Assembly: GCF_963921235.1 (NCBI RefSeq) | Contig: NC_086109.1 | Coordinates: 84,568,001-84,632,000 of the forward strand | Reading direction: 5' to 3' | Length of the DNA: 64,000 bases | Origin: Mobula hypostoma | Taxonomy: Eukaryota | Shown: one piece after another, positions 38,301 through 50,300 of the stretch | Layout of the letters: every line of letters begins with the position of its first letter | Position numbering within the stretch: position 1 is the first letter of the stretch | The notes under the pieces: model-generated | Told to the model about the DNA's origin: nothing | Databases searched by the model: none | The model's input: only the letters and a program-made list of their open reading frames with translations | Position numbers and translations under genes: made by a program

Positions 38301-41300
38301 TTATGCCAGGGATGAAATGATCCAGATGTCATGGTAAAGAAGATGTATAAAACTGTAGGTATTCAGAGACAATTTTAGCTTGAGAGAAGAAGTTCCTCAT
38401 TCACTAAGCCTCTTTTATAAGAAGATATCCATCTGTGGTTTAGAGTCAAGTTCGTTTTTTCTTTATGAAGTATTATCACTCAGGCAATGTACAAAACATG
38501 CCACCAAATTCGTGCAGAATAACTACTTGTAGGACTGATAATAGCCAGATAATTTTTTATTTCAATGACTTTGGTTGAGATATAAATATATACCAGGATA
38601 TGGAGATAACTCCCATGATGCTTTACAGAATATTGGATGGAATCGTTGAGAGATCAGAAGAGAAATTCTCATCTGAAAGGTCCTCACTCTGAAGGGGCTC
38701 TGTTGTGGGACGTTAACTCTCCAAACCATTTCCAAAGCACCAAACCAGAAGTGGAATCAGGAAGTTTTCTTTACACGTGAAAGAAAGTAAATAAAAATGA
38801 AACAAAATCTGATCACCAGGAAGCCTAGAGCCTACATTTTTGTTCAATATTAAGGTCATGTAGCTATGGTTCTGAGTTGGATGATCAGCCATGATCATAC
38901 TGAATGGCGGTGCAGGCTCGAAGGGCCAAATGGCCTACTCCTGCACCTATTTTCTATGTTTCTGTGTTTCTCTGAAATTGATGCCAAGATTAGCCATGAT
39001 CTAAGTAAATGGCTAACTAGCTATGAGGGGCTGAATGGCCTCTAACTTTGATTGATTTATATTACATTAAAAATTGTAAATACTGATTTGCAGTTTAAGG
39101 TAGTCCCAGCCCATGGACTATCATCACTGTTAGTTGAAATAGAATAGTTATTAATAAATTTATGTTAATTTATGACAATTTATGTTAGTTTATTAATTTA
39201 TGTTGATACATGTTTGTCGTGTTTGCAGTGCCACTGCTGCAAAAAAGCAAATTTCTTTGGCATTTATACCATGTACATGTATGCCTATGACAGCAATAAA
39301 TTGTCACGTAACAAGCTTCAAGTCAGTGATAATCAGAATCCGAAGCAGGTTTAATATCACTGGCATATGTCATGAAATTTGTTAAATTAGCGGCAGCAAT
39401 AGAAAGTAATACATGATAATACAGAAATATAAGTAAATAAATCAACTACAGTAAGTATATATATGTATATTAATTAGTTAAATAAAACAGTGCAAAAACA
39501 GAAATAAGAAAAAGAAGTGAGGTAATGTTCATGGGTTCGATGTCCATTTAGGAATCAGATAGCAGAGGGGAAGAAGCTATTCCTGAAACGCTGAGTGTGT
39601 GCCTTCAGGTTTCTGTACCTCCTTCCTGACGGTTACAATGAGACAAGGGCATGTCCTGTGTGATGGGGCTCCTTAATAATGGACGCCACTTTTCTGAGGC
39701 ACCACTCCTTGAAGATGTCTTGGATACTACAGAGACTAGTACCCATGATAGGGCTGACTAATTTTACAACTTTTACTGAGAGAACTGAGTCCGAACTTGA
39801 ATATATCACATGATTACATAGCCACTGGGGCCAGGATTTCTAGTTTACAAAATACATGATCCATAGAATTGAGAAATGGGAAGCTTTACCTGACAGTCTG
39901 GTCGGAAAGCCAGCCTGCATCACACTGGTTGTATCCTTTCTCATAGGCTGCCTGCAGCTGCTCTGGAGTGGCAATATAGGCATTGTTTTCCAAGCAGGCT
40001 AGCTGGGCCTGGGTGAAGTTAAAGCTGTACCTACTTGAAATGGCACGGTAATGGAAAACAATCCCTGTTAAAGAAACAGATAAACAGGCAATTGAGCTGA
40101 GCCGTATTAAGTTCAAGGTCAAATTTATTGTCATTCAACGTGTATACCTTCAATACAAACAATGTGTTTCCAGACCAAGGTGCAGAAAACAGTACATTTA
40201 CCTCACACACAAAACATAAATCGTGAACACGGCCCAGCAAATCACACAAACCAATCTTCTGTCCTTGGACTCACTTTACGCCGCACGCTGTCGGATCAGT
40301 GCTACCAGGATAATCAAGGACACGACCCACCCAGCCAACACACTTTTCGTCCCTCTTCCCTCCGGGAGAAGGCTCAGGAGCTTGAAGTCTCATACGGCCA
40401 GGTTAGGGAACAGCTTCTTTCCAACTGTGATAAGACTGCTGAATGGATCCTGACCCGGATCTGGGCCGTACCCTCAAAAATATCCGGACCTGCATCTCAT
40501 TTTTTTTTACACTGCCTTACTTTCCATTTTTATATTTTCTATTTATGATTTATAATTTAAATTTTTAATATTTACTATCGATTTGTAATCCAGGGAGTGG
40601 GAAGTGCAGAATCAAATATCGCTATGATGATTGTACGTTCTAGTATCAATTGTTCAGCGACAATGAAGTATAAAGTAATATTATGACAAATAAATTAACA
40701 GATAATAAAATATGTTCCAGAAGACTGACATTCACAATAATCATGTCGCAATGGAAACAAAGGATGTTGGAAATGCTCAGCAGGTCAGGCAGCATCTGTG
40801 AAGGGTGAAAAACAGATAACATTTCAGATTGATGACTTTTTATCAGAACCTGAAATGTTAACTGTTCCTCTATCACAAAATACTGCCTAACCTGCACAAT
40901 GTTTCTGGCATTTTCTGGTTTTATTTCAGATTTCCAGCATCCACACTTCCATTTTGCTTTTAAAACGAAGCACACTCCTTTCCTTTATACTATATATGTA
41001 TTCCTTAGCATAAATGCATCTTAGGATTTCAGTAAATAGAGATCAGATAAATCTTATTGTTCATCCTTTGCCATTAAACAGGGCTCCCAAAGATGCATGA
41101 TATGGAAAGTTTCATTGTATTTTGAATAGAAAAATTCTATAACAATTGTTGCCATTCCAACTGGGGTTACTTGAACTCTCTATCACGTGCTCAAGAGAGT
41201 ACCTAACAAAAGTCCTATAATCTCTAGAAACATAAAAGAATACATACTAGATTTTTTAAAAATCTGATGGAAGACTGGGGCCGCTATGTTTGTTGCAGTT

Positions 41301-44300
41301 CTAATCAAAAAAATGAGGACAAATTTTGATATTTGCATTTCACTCAAAATTTGGATGAAATTAAAGCAATGTTTTGCTCAAAAGTTAAATGATCATACCA
41401 TAAGTGCGAAGTAAATTTCTCTAATTATATCATCCCTAGTGCCTAAAATGGTACAAACAGTGAATCTGTAAGTGGAGAGCTAAGAATTTAATATGGGAAT
41501 CCAGAATCTAAATTTGGAATCAGTACAAGAACTATAGAGATTATATAGGCATCCGTTAGTCTTGTGAGACCATGGATTTGCACCTTGAAAGGTTTCCAGG
41601 GCACAGGCCTGGGCAAGGTTGTATGGAAGGCCGGCAGTTGCCCATGCTGCAAGTCTCCCCTCTCCACGCCACCGATGTTGTCCAAGGGAAGGGCATTAGG
41701 ACCCATACAGCTTGGCACCAGTGTCATCGCTAAGCAATGTGTGGTTAAGTGCCTTGCTCAAGGATACAACACGCTGCCTCAGCCAAGGCTCGAACTAGCG
41801 ACCTTCAAATCACTAGACGAGCACCTTAACCACTTGGCCAATAGAGATTAAAACCAGATAGAACATACGCAATATGTTAAGAAACCTCAGCGTGTACTGC
41901 TGTGCCATCACCAAATTCCTAATAAATTTAAATGTATATGGTGAATAAAGTTGATCCTTGATTCTTAATAACAAGTAATTGCTGAAGTCAAGGCAATCAC
42001 AATTTTTAAAAGATAAACAATACTTAAGAGAGTGTAAAGAAGGACCAGTGCGATGTGATTAACTTTTGTATGCTGACTGTGTGAAGTATTTTAACTCACC
42101 AGTTGGAGCCATTGGGCTGATGGGACATAACGTTGAACTCTCATCCACTTTAACCAGTTTTTCGGTGATGGCTGCCGTAATCGGGGTCACTGTCTCAGGC
42201 GGAGCTGCTGTTAGCCCTTCGGGGGGTGTTGCCAGGACATCTGGAGCTGCTGTTACCTTGGGAATAATCTCTTCTATGGTGTGTGGAGCAGGAGTTGGAA
42301 TTTCTGTGACTTCTAGTCCTACAGTTCCAGTCAGTTCTTCGATGGGTACCGAGACCCCGACAGTTGCTACCACAGATACTGGCACTTCTGGACTGGAGAT
42401 CTCCTCAGGGGTGATTAGATCTTTGGGTAGGCCTGTAATGTTAGGAAGGATAATCCCCTCAGTAACAGGTTCTTCAGTAACTGGGATTCTGACAGTTTCT
42501 GGGCTGAGAGATATGGTCAACTCAGGAGCTTCCTCAGTAGATGGCAGAGTCACTGGAGTGAAAGGACTTAGTGTAAAAACGTCTCCCCTTACTTCTCCCT
42601 CTTCAGTAGGCTTTGTGAAGAATACTTCTACCTTTTCAGGTATGGTTTGGATGGTAAAGGCGCTTCCCTCTTCAGTAAACAACTCTTCTGCCTCAGTGGC
42701 TAGGTGGGTGAGTGAGATTTCTGTGACTGCTTTTATAGCAGGCTTTCCTGTTGAGAAACAGCAGAGTATTGAAGAGATTATCAATGAGGAAGACAAACAG
42801 CCCTGTGCAGGTTACCAACAAACTGAATTCTCTATCAATCAATGCGTGGCCTCGGCCTATCTTGCTTCCCTTATGGACTGTCAGCTCTTCTGTTGAGGTA
42901 GGGAACCAGCCACACTTGATTGTGAGCAGTTTTGGGGTCCCCTATCTAAGAAAGGATGTACCTGCATTTGAGTGGGTCCAAAGGAGGTTTCCGGGAATTA
43001 AATGATTAACACATGAGCAGCATATTTTGACGCTAGGTGTGTACTTGCTGGACTGGGTGTACTCATTGGGTCGCATTGAAACCCAGCAAATATTGAAAGG
43101 CCTAAATAAAGTGGATGTGCAGAGGATGTACAGTTGTGGGGGAATCTAGGACTAGAGGGCACAACTTCAGAATACAAGGACGTCCCTTTAGAACAGAGAG
43201 GAGGAAGATTTTCTTTAGCTAGAGGGTGGTGAATCTGTGCAATTCATTGCCACAGGCAGCTCTGGAGCACAAGTCGTTGGGTATATTTAAAGGTAGAGAT
43301 TGATAGGCTCTTGATTAGTAAGGGTGCCAAAGATTACAGGGAGGTGGCAGGAGAAATAGAGTTGAGAGGGATAATAAATATGGCATATGGTTGAATGGTA
43401 GAGCAGACTTGGTGAATTGAATGGTCTAATTCTATTTCAATATCTTATTTCAAATCCATTAGGACTCAGTGGGATTTGCATGTTAGCCTTGAATGCTGGG
43501 AACGAAGTTTGAACTTTACCAGCTTTGGGGGATGTAACAGATAGTGTGCATGGGGAAAAATAGGACGCTTGGAGATTATGTTTAGCGTTGGTGTGGCTCT
43601 GTGGGAAGATCACTGGTTCCTCAGCTTCATTTGCATCTTCATTTCACTTTTTGTGGTGGCTTGTGTTTGGCTGCAGTCACCAGTACAAAACTCTAGAGTA
43701 GTGGGTCCCAATCTTTTTTTTTAAAGTCATGGACCTCTTCCATTAACTGAGGGGTCTGTGGACCCCAGGTTTGGAACCCTCAAGCCCCATCCACTTACCA
43801 GTCACCAAATCAATGCAAATATTCCATATGTCATTGTAACAGGTACCTCAATATACATCATTCATGTGCATGCTACAATGATGTTTGATACTGACATTGA
43901 TTGCTTTATGCAGTCTGATTAAGTTAGCTTATTTGCAGCTTTATTAGAACATAAAAGTGGCAAATGAAATATAATGTTGGAAAATGCATGGTCATGCAGT
44001 TTGGTAGTAGGAATAAATGTGCATGACCATGTATTTCTAAACGGGAGAAAATCCAACAACCTGAGATGCAAGAGGACTTGGGAGTCCTTGTGCAGAATAC
44101 CCTAAAGGTTAACTTGTAGGTTGAGTTGGTGGTGAGGAAGGCAACTGCAACATTAGCATTCGTTTCAAGACATCTAGAATACAAGAGCAGGGATGAGATG
44201 CTGAGGCTTTATAAGTGACTGGTGAGGCCTCACCTTGAGTATTGTGAACAGTTTTGGACTCCTCATCTTAGAAGAGATCAACTGGCATTGGAGAGGTCCC

Positions 44301-47300
44301 AGAGGAAGTTCACAAGGATGATTCCAGGAATGAAAGGGTTATCATATGGGGAATGTTTGATGGCTCTGGGTCTTACTCGCTGGAAATTAGAAGGATGAGG
44401 GGGGATCTCATTGAAACCTTTCAAATGTTGAAAGGCCTGCACAGAGTAGATGTGGAAAGGATGTTTCCTACGGTGGGAGAATCTAGGACAAGACAGCACA
44501 GCCTCAGGATAGAGGGGCATCCATTCAAAAGAGAGATGCGGAGAAATTTCTTTAGCCAGATGGTGGTGAATTCGTGGAATTGGTTGCCACGTGCAGCTGT
44601 GGAGGCCAGGTCATTGGATGTACTTAAGGCAGATGTTGATAGATTCTTGATTGGACATGGCGACAAAGGCTATGGGGAGAAGGCTGGGAAATGGAGTTGA
44701 GGAGGAGGAAAAAATGGATTTGCCATGTTTGCATGGTGGAGCAGACTCAATGGGCCAAATGGCCTAACTCTGCTCTTACATCTTATGATCTTATAAAACA
44801 ATATAGAAACAGGCTCTTTAGCTCAAGATGTCTGTACTGACTATTATGTCAAATTAAACTGATACCTTCTGCCTGCACATGACACATATCCCTCCATTTA
44901 GAAACATAGAAACATAGAAAATAGGTGCAGGAGTAGGCCATTCGGCCCTTCGAGCCTGCACCGCCATTTATTATGATCATGGCTGATCATCCAACTCAGA
45001 ACCCAGCCTTCCCTCCATACCCCGTGACCCCTGTAGCCACAAGGGCCATATCTAACTTCCTTTTAAACATAGCTAATGAACTGGCCTCAACAGTTTGCTG
45101 TGGCAGAGAATTCCACAGATTCACCACTCTCTGTGTGAAGAAGTTTTTCCTAACCTCGGTCCTAAAAGGCTTCCCCTCTATCCTCAAACTGTGACCCCTC
45201 GTTCTAGACCTCCCCAACATCGGGAACAATCTTCCCGCATCTAGCCTGTCCAATCCCTTTAGGATCTTATACGTTTCAATCAGATCCCCCCTCAATCTTC
45301 TAAATTCCAACGAGTACAAGCCCAGTTCATCCAGTCTTTCTTCATATGAAAGACCTGCCATCCCAGGAATCAATCTGGTGAACCTTCTTTGTACTCCCTC
45401 TATGGCAAGGATGTCTTTCCTCAGATTAGGGGACCAAAACTGCACACAATACTCCAGGTGTGGTCTCACCAAGGCCTTGTACAACTGCAGTAGTACCTCC
45501 CTGCTCCTGTACTCGAATCCTCTCGCTATAAATGCCAGCATACCGTTCGCCTTTTTCACCGCCTGCTGTACCTGCATGCCCACTTTCAATGACTGGTGTA
45601 TAATGACACCCAGGTCTCGTTGCACCTCCCCTTTTCCTAATCGGCCACCATTCAGATAATAATCTGTTTTCCTATTTTTGCCACCAAAGTGGATAACTTC
45701 ACATTTATCCACATTAAATTGCATCTGCCATGAGTTTGCCCACTCACCCAACCTATCCAAGTCACCCTGCATCCTCTTAGCATCCTCCTCACTGCTAACA
45801 CTGCCACCCAGCTTCGTGTCATCCGCAAACTTGGAGATGCTGCATTTAATTCCCTCATCCAAGTCATTAATATATATTGTAAACAACTGGGGTCCCAGCA
45901 CTGAGCCTTGCGGTACCCCACTAGTCACCGCCTGCCATTCTGAAAAGGTCCCGTTTATTCCCACTCTTTGCTTCCTGTCTGCTAACCAATTCTCCACCCA
46001 CACCAATACCTTACCCCCAATACCATGTGCTTTAAGTTTGCACACTAATCTCCTGTGTGGGACCTTGTCAAAAGCCTTTTGAAAATCCAAATATACCACA
46101 TCCACTGGTTCTCCCCTATCCACTCTACTAGTTACATCCTCAAAAAATTCTATGAGATTCGTCAGACATGATTTTCCTTTCACAAATCCATGCTGACTTT
46201 GTCCGATCATTTCACCGCTTTCCAAATGTGCTGTTATCACATCCTTGATAACTGACTCCAGCAGTTTCCCCACCACCGACGTTAGGCTAACCGGCCTATA
46301 ATTCCCCGGTTTCTCTCTCCCTCCTTTTTTAAAAAGTGGGGTTACATTAGCCACCCTCCAATCCTCAGGAACTAGTCCAGAATCTAACGAGTTTTGAAAA
46401 ATTATCACTAATGCATCCACTATTTCTTGGGCCACTTCCTTAAGCACTCTGGGATGCAGACCATCTGGCCCTGGGGATTTATCTGCCTTCAATCCCTTCA
46501 ATTTACCTAACACCACTTCCCTACTAACATGTATTTCGCTCAGTTCCTCCATCTCACTGGACCCTCTGTCCCTTACTATTTCTGGAAGATTATTTATGTC
46601 CTCCTTAGTGAAGACAGAACCAAAGTAATTATTCAATTGGTCTGCCATGTCCTTGCTCCCCATAATCAATTCACCTGTTTCTGTTTGCAGGGGACCTACA
46701 TTTGTCTTTATCAGTCTTTTCCTTTTTACATATCTATAAAAGCTTTTACAGTCCGTTTTTATGTTCTCTGCCAGTTTTCTCTCATAATCTTTTTTCCCCT
46801 TCCTAATTAAGCCCTTTGTCCTCCTCTGCTGAACTCTGAATTTCTCCCAGTCCTCAGGTGAGCCACTTTCTCTGGCTAATTTGTATGCTACTTCTTTGGA
46901 ATTGATACTATCCCTAATTTCTCTTGTCAGCCATGGGTGCACTACCTTCCTTGATTTATTCTTTTGCCAAACTGGGATGAACAATTGTTGTAGTTCATCC
47001 ATGCAACCTTTAAATGCCTGCCATTGCATATCCACCGTCAATCCTTGAAGTGTCATTTGCCAGTCTATCTTAGCTAATTCATGTCTCATACCTTCAAAGT
47101 TACCCCTCTTTAAGTTCAGAACCTTTGTTTCTGAATTAACTACGTCACTCTCCATGTTAATGAAGAATTCCACCATATTATGGTCACTCTTACCCAAGGG
47201 GCCTCTCACGACAAGATCGCTAATTAACCCTTCCTCATTGCTCAAAACCCAGTCCAGAATAGCCTGCTCTCTAGTCGGTTCCTCGACATGTTGGTTCAAA

Positions 47301-50300
47301 AAACCATCCCGCATACATTCCAAGAAATCCTCTTCCTCAGCACCTTTACCAATTTGGTTCACCCAGTCTACATGTAGATTGAAGTCACCCATTATAACTG
47401 CTGTTCCTTTATTGCACACATTTCTAATTTCCTGTTTAATACCATCTCCGACCTCACTACTACTGTTAGGTGGCCTGTACACAACTCCCAGCAGCGTCTT
47501 CTGCCCCTTAGTGTTACGCAGCTCTACCCATATCGATTCCACATCTTCCCGGCTTATGTCCTTCCTTTCTATTGCGTTAATCTCTTTTTTAACCAGCAAC
47601 GCCACCCCACCTCCCCTTCCTTCGTGTCTATCCCTCCTGAATATTGAATATCCCTGAACGTTGAGCTCCCATCCCTGGTCACCCTGGAGCCATGTCTCTG
47701 TGATCCCAACTATATCATAATCATTAATAACAATCTGCACTTTCAATTCATCCACCTTATTACGAATGCTCCTTGCATTGACACATAAAGCCTTCAGGCG
47801 CTCTTTTACAACTCTCTTAGCCCTTTTTAATGCTTGCCCTGGATTTGTCGGCCTGCCACTTTTACTTTTCCCCTTTGTACTTTTTGCTTCTACGCTCACT
47901 TTACACTCCTCTGTCTCTCTGCACTGGTTCCCATCCCTCTGTTGTGAACTAACCTCCTCACACCTAGCCGCTTTAATTTGATTCCCACCCCCCAACCATT
48001 CTAGTTTAAAGTCACCTCAGTAGCCCCCGCTAATCTCCCTGCCAGGATATTGGTCCCCCTAGGATTTAAGTGTAACCCGTCCTTTTTGTACAGGTCACAC
48101 CTACGCCAAAAGAGGTCCCAATGATCCAAAAACTTGAATCCCTGCCCCCTGCTCCAATCCCTCAGCCACGCATTTATCCTCCACCTCATCGCATTCCTAC
48201 TCTCACTGTCGCGTGGCACAGGCAGTAATCCCGAGATTACTACCTTTGCGGTCCTTTTTCTCAACTCCCTTCCTAGCTCCCTATATTCTTCTTTCAGGAC
48301 CTCATCCCTTTTCCTACCTATGTCATTGGTACCTATATGTACCAGGACCTCTGGCTCTTCACCCTCCCACTTCAGGATATCTTGGACACGATCAGAAATA
48401 TCCCGGACCCTGGCACCAGGGAGGCAAACTACCATCCGAGTCTCTGGACTGCGTCCACAGAATCGCCTATCTGACCCCCTTACTATCGAGTCCCCTATCA
48501 CAACTGCCCTCCTCTTCCTTGCCCTACCCTTCTGAGCTACAGGGCCAGACTCTGTGCCGGAGGCAGGGCCACTGTCGCTTCCCCCGGGTAAGCTGTCCCC
48601 CCAACAGTACTCAAACAGGAGTACCTGTTGTTAAGGGGCACAGCCGCCGGGGTACTCCTCATCACCTGCCTTTTCCCCTTCCCTCTCCTAACCGTGACCC
48701 ACTTGTCTGCCTCCCGTGGCCCCGGCGTGACCACCTGCCTTCCACTCCTCTCTATCACCTCCTCGCTCTCCCTGACCAGACGAAGGTCATCGAGCTGCAG
48801 CTCCAGTTCCGTAACACGGTCCCTTAGGAGCTGCATCTCGATGCACTTGGCGCAGATGTAGACGTCCGGGAGGCTTGGAGACTCCAGGGCCTCCCACATC
48901 CGACACCGAGAACAGCAAACTGCCCTCACAGTCATAATGCCCCTCTCCTCAAATAGCAACAGAAAATGAATGTCAAACCTTCCTCGCCTCGCCCGCTTCC
49001 GCCTAAGCCCGTTGAGCCGAAGCCCTTAAGTCTTCACTCTGCTCCCGGCTCACTCTGCAGCCCGCAAACTACGCTGCCCGCTCTATGAGGCTTTGTTCCT
49101 TTTAAATCTGCCGCGCTGCACTGCCCGACGTCACACGCCTGCGCAGTCCCGCCTCTCAGAAAGCCGTTGGAGAAAAAAAAATAACGAAAATTTCAAAAAT
49201 CTCTTTCTCGGCACTCCCACTCAGACTCTCAGACTCCTTCTTCGAATCAAATCCGAAGCAGGATGTCTGCCCTTTTAAATCTGCCGCGCTGCACTGCCCG
49301 ACGTCACACGCCTGCGCAGTCCCGCCTCTCAGAAAGCCGTTGGAGAAAAAAAAATAACGAAAATTTCAAAAATCTCTTTCTCGGCACTCCCACTCAGACT
49401 CTCAGACTCCTTCTTCGAATTTTTCTAGCATATTTATGTCTCTATCTCAAAGACTTGTAAACACCCCTGTTAAATCTGCTTGAACCACCAATCCTAGCAG
49501 CACGTTTGAGGCCCCCACCACTCACTGTGTAAAGAAACTTGCCTTGCACATCTCTTTTTAAACTTTCCTCTTCTCAGCTTAAAGCTATACCCTCTAGGAC
49601 TCAATATTTCTCCCTGAGGCCATATATACTGATTGCCAACCCTATTTATAGATTTAATTTTTATTTATAGATAGATTTTTATTTGGGCAAAATTACAACA
49701 AAAAAAAACATAGATATTCTTTAAATCAGACCGAAAGGGTGTAGGCTGAAGCTACAGCTTATTACGCCTACCCTTCTTACTTATACAACAACATATTTGG
49801 CGTCAATCATCACATCAAAACAAAAAAATTCATAATCTTCTGTCACAAAATCCAAATCCAAGTATCATTTATTTACATTACTCCCATTCATTTTAAACCA
49901 CGTATTTTTATATTTGTTCATGAAATTATCTTTAAATAATTTTTTAAACTGGTTAAGTGTAGTGCATGTGTTTAAATTCTCACAACTGTGCCATAGATTC
50001 ACCTCTCTGACTGAAATACAATGATTTTTTACATTCGTTCTTATCCTTTGTTTTTGAAATACACATGTTCCTCTCAAATCATGTTGACTTTCCCTCAATT
50101 TAAACAATCTTTGGATACTTTGTGGTAGCTGTCCATTTTTTACTTTATGCATAACTTGTATTATTTTAAAATCTGCAAAATCTCTGAACTTTAAAGTGTT
50201 TAGTTGAATAAATTTATGCCTCTTGTTATCTTATAAACCTCGCTCAGGTCTCCCCTTGGCCTCTGACACTCCAGGGAAAACATTCCAAGTTTCTCCAGCC

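Larger units (their letters stand above)
44900..49420 (-). mobile_element. Near full-length young CR1-clade LINE in ACAN intron 6, same orientation as the gene
   Basis: CpG-rich 5' UTR with tandem monomers, ORF1, ORF2, 3' stem-loop GGTGCAGG...CCTGCACC and (TTTCTATG)n tail. Inserted into an older CR1 remnant whose halves rejoin (ccattt|ttctagc). Confidence 0.95.

Noticed and set aside
42066-42896. 276-aa + strand ORF (and 30961-31362)
   Set aside because: Antisense of the low-complexity Thr/Pro/Glu ACAN exons, with no independent domain signal.
48597-48602. G6 run inside ORF1 as a second programmed frameshift
   Set aside because: Not a typical A/U-rich slippery heptamer; a one-base homopolymer deletion or sequencing error is simpler.
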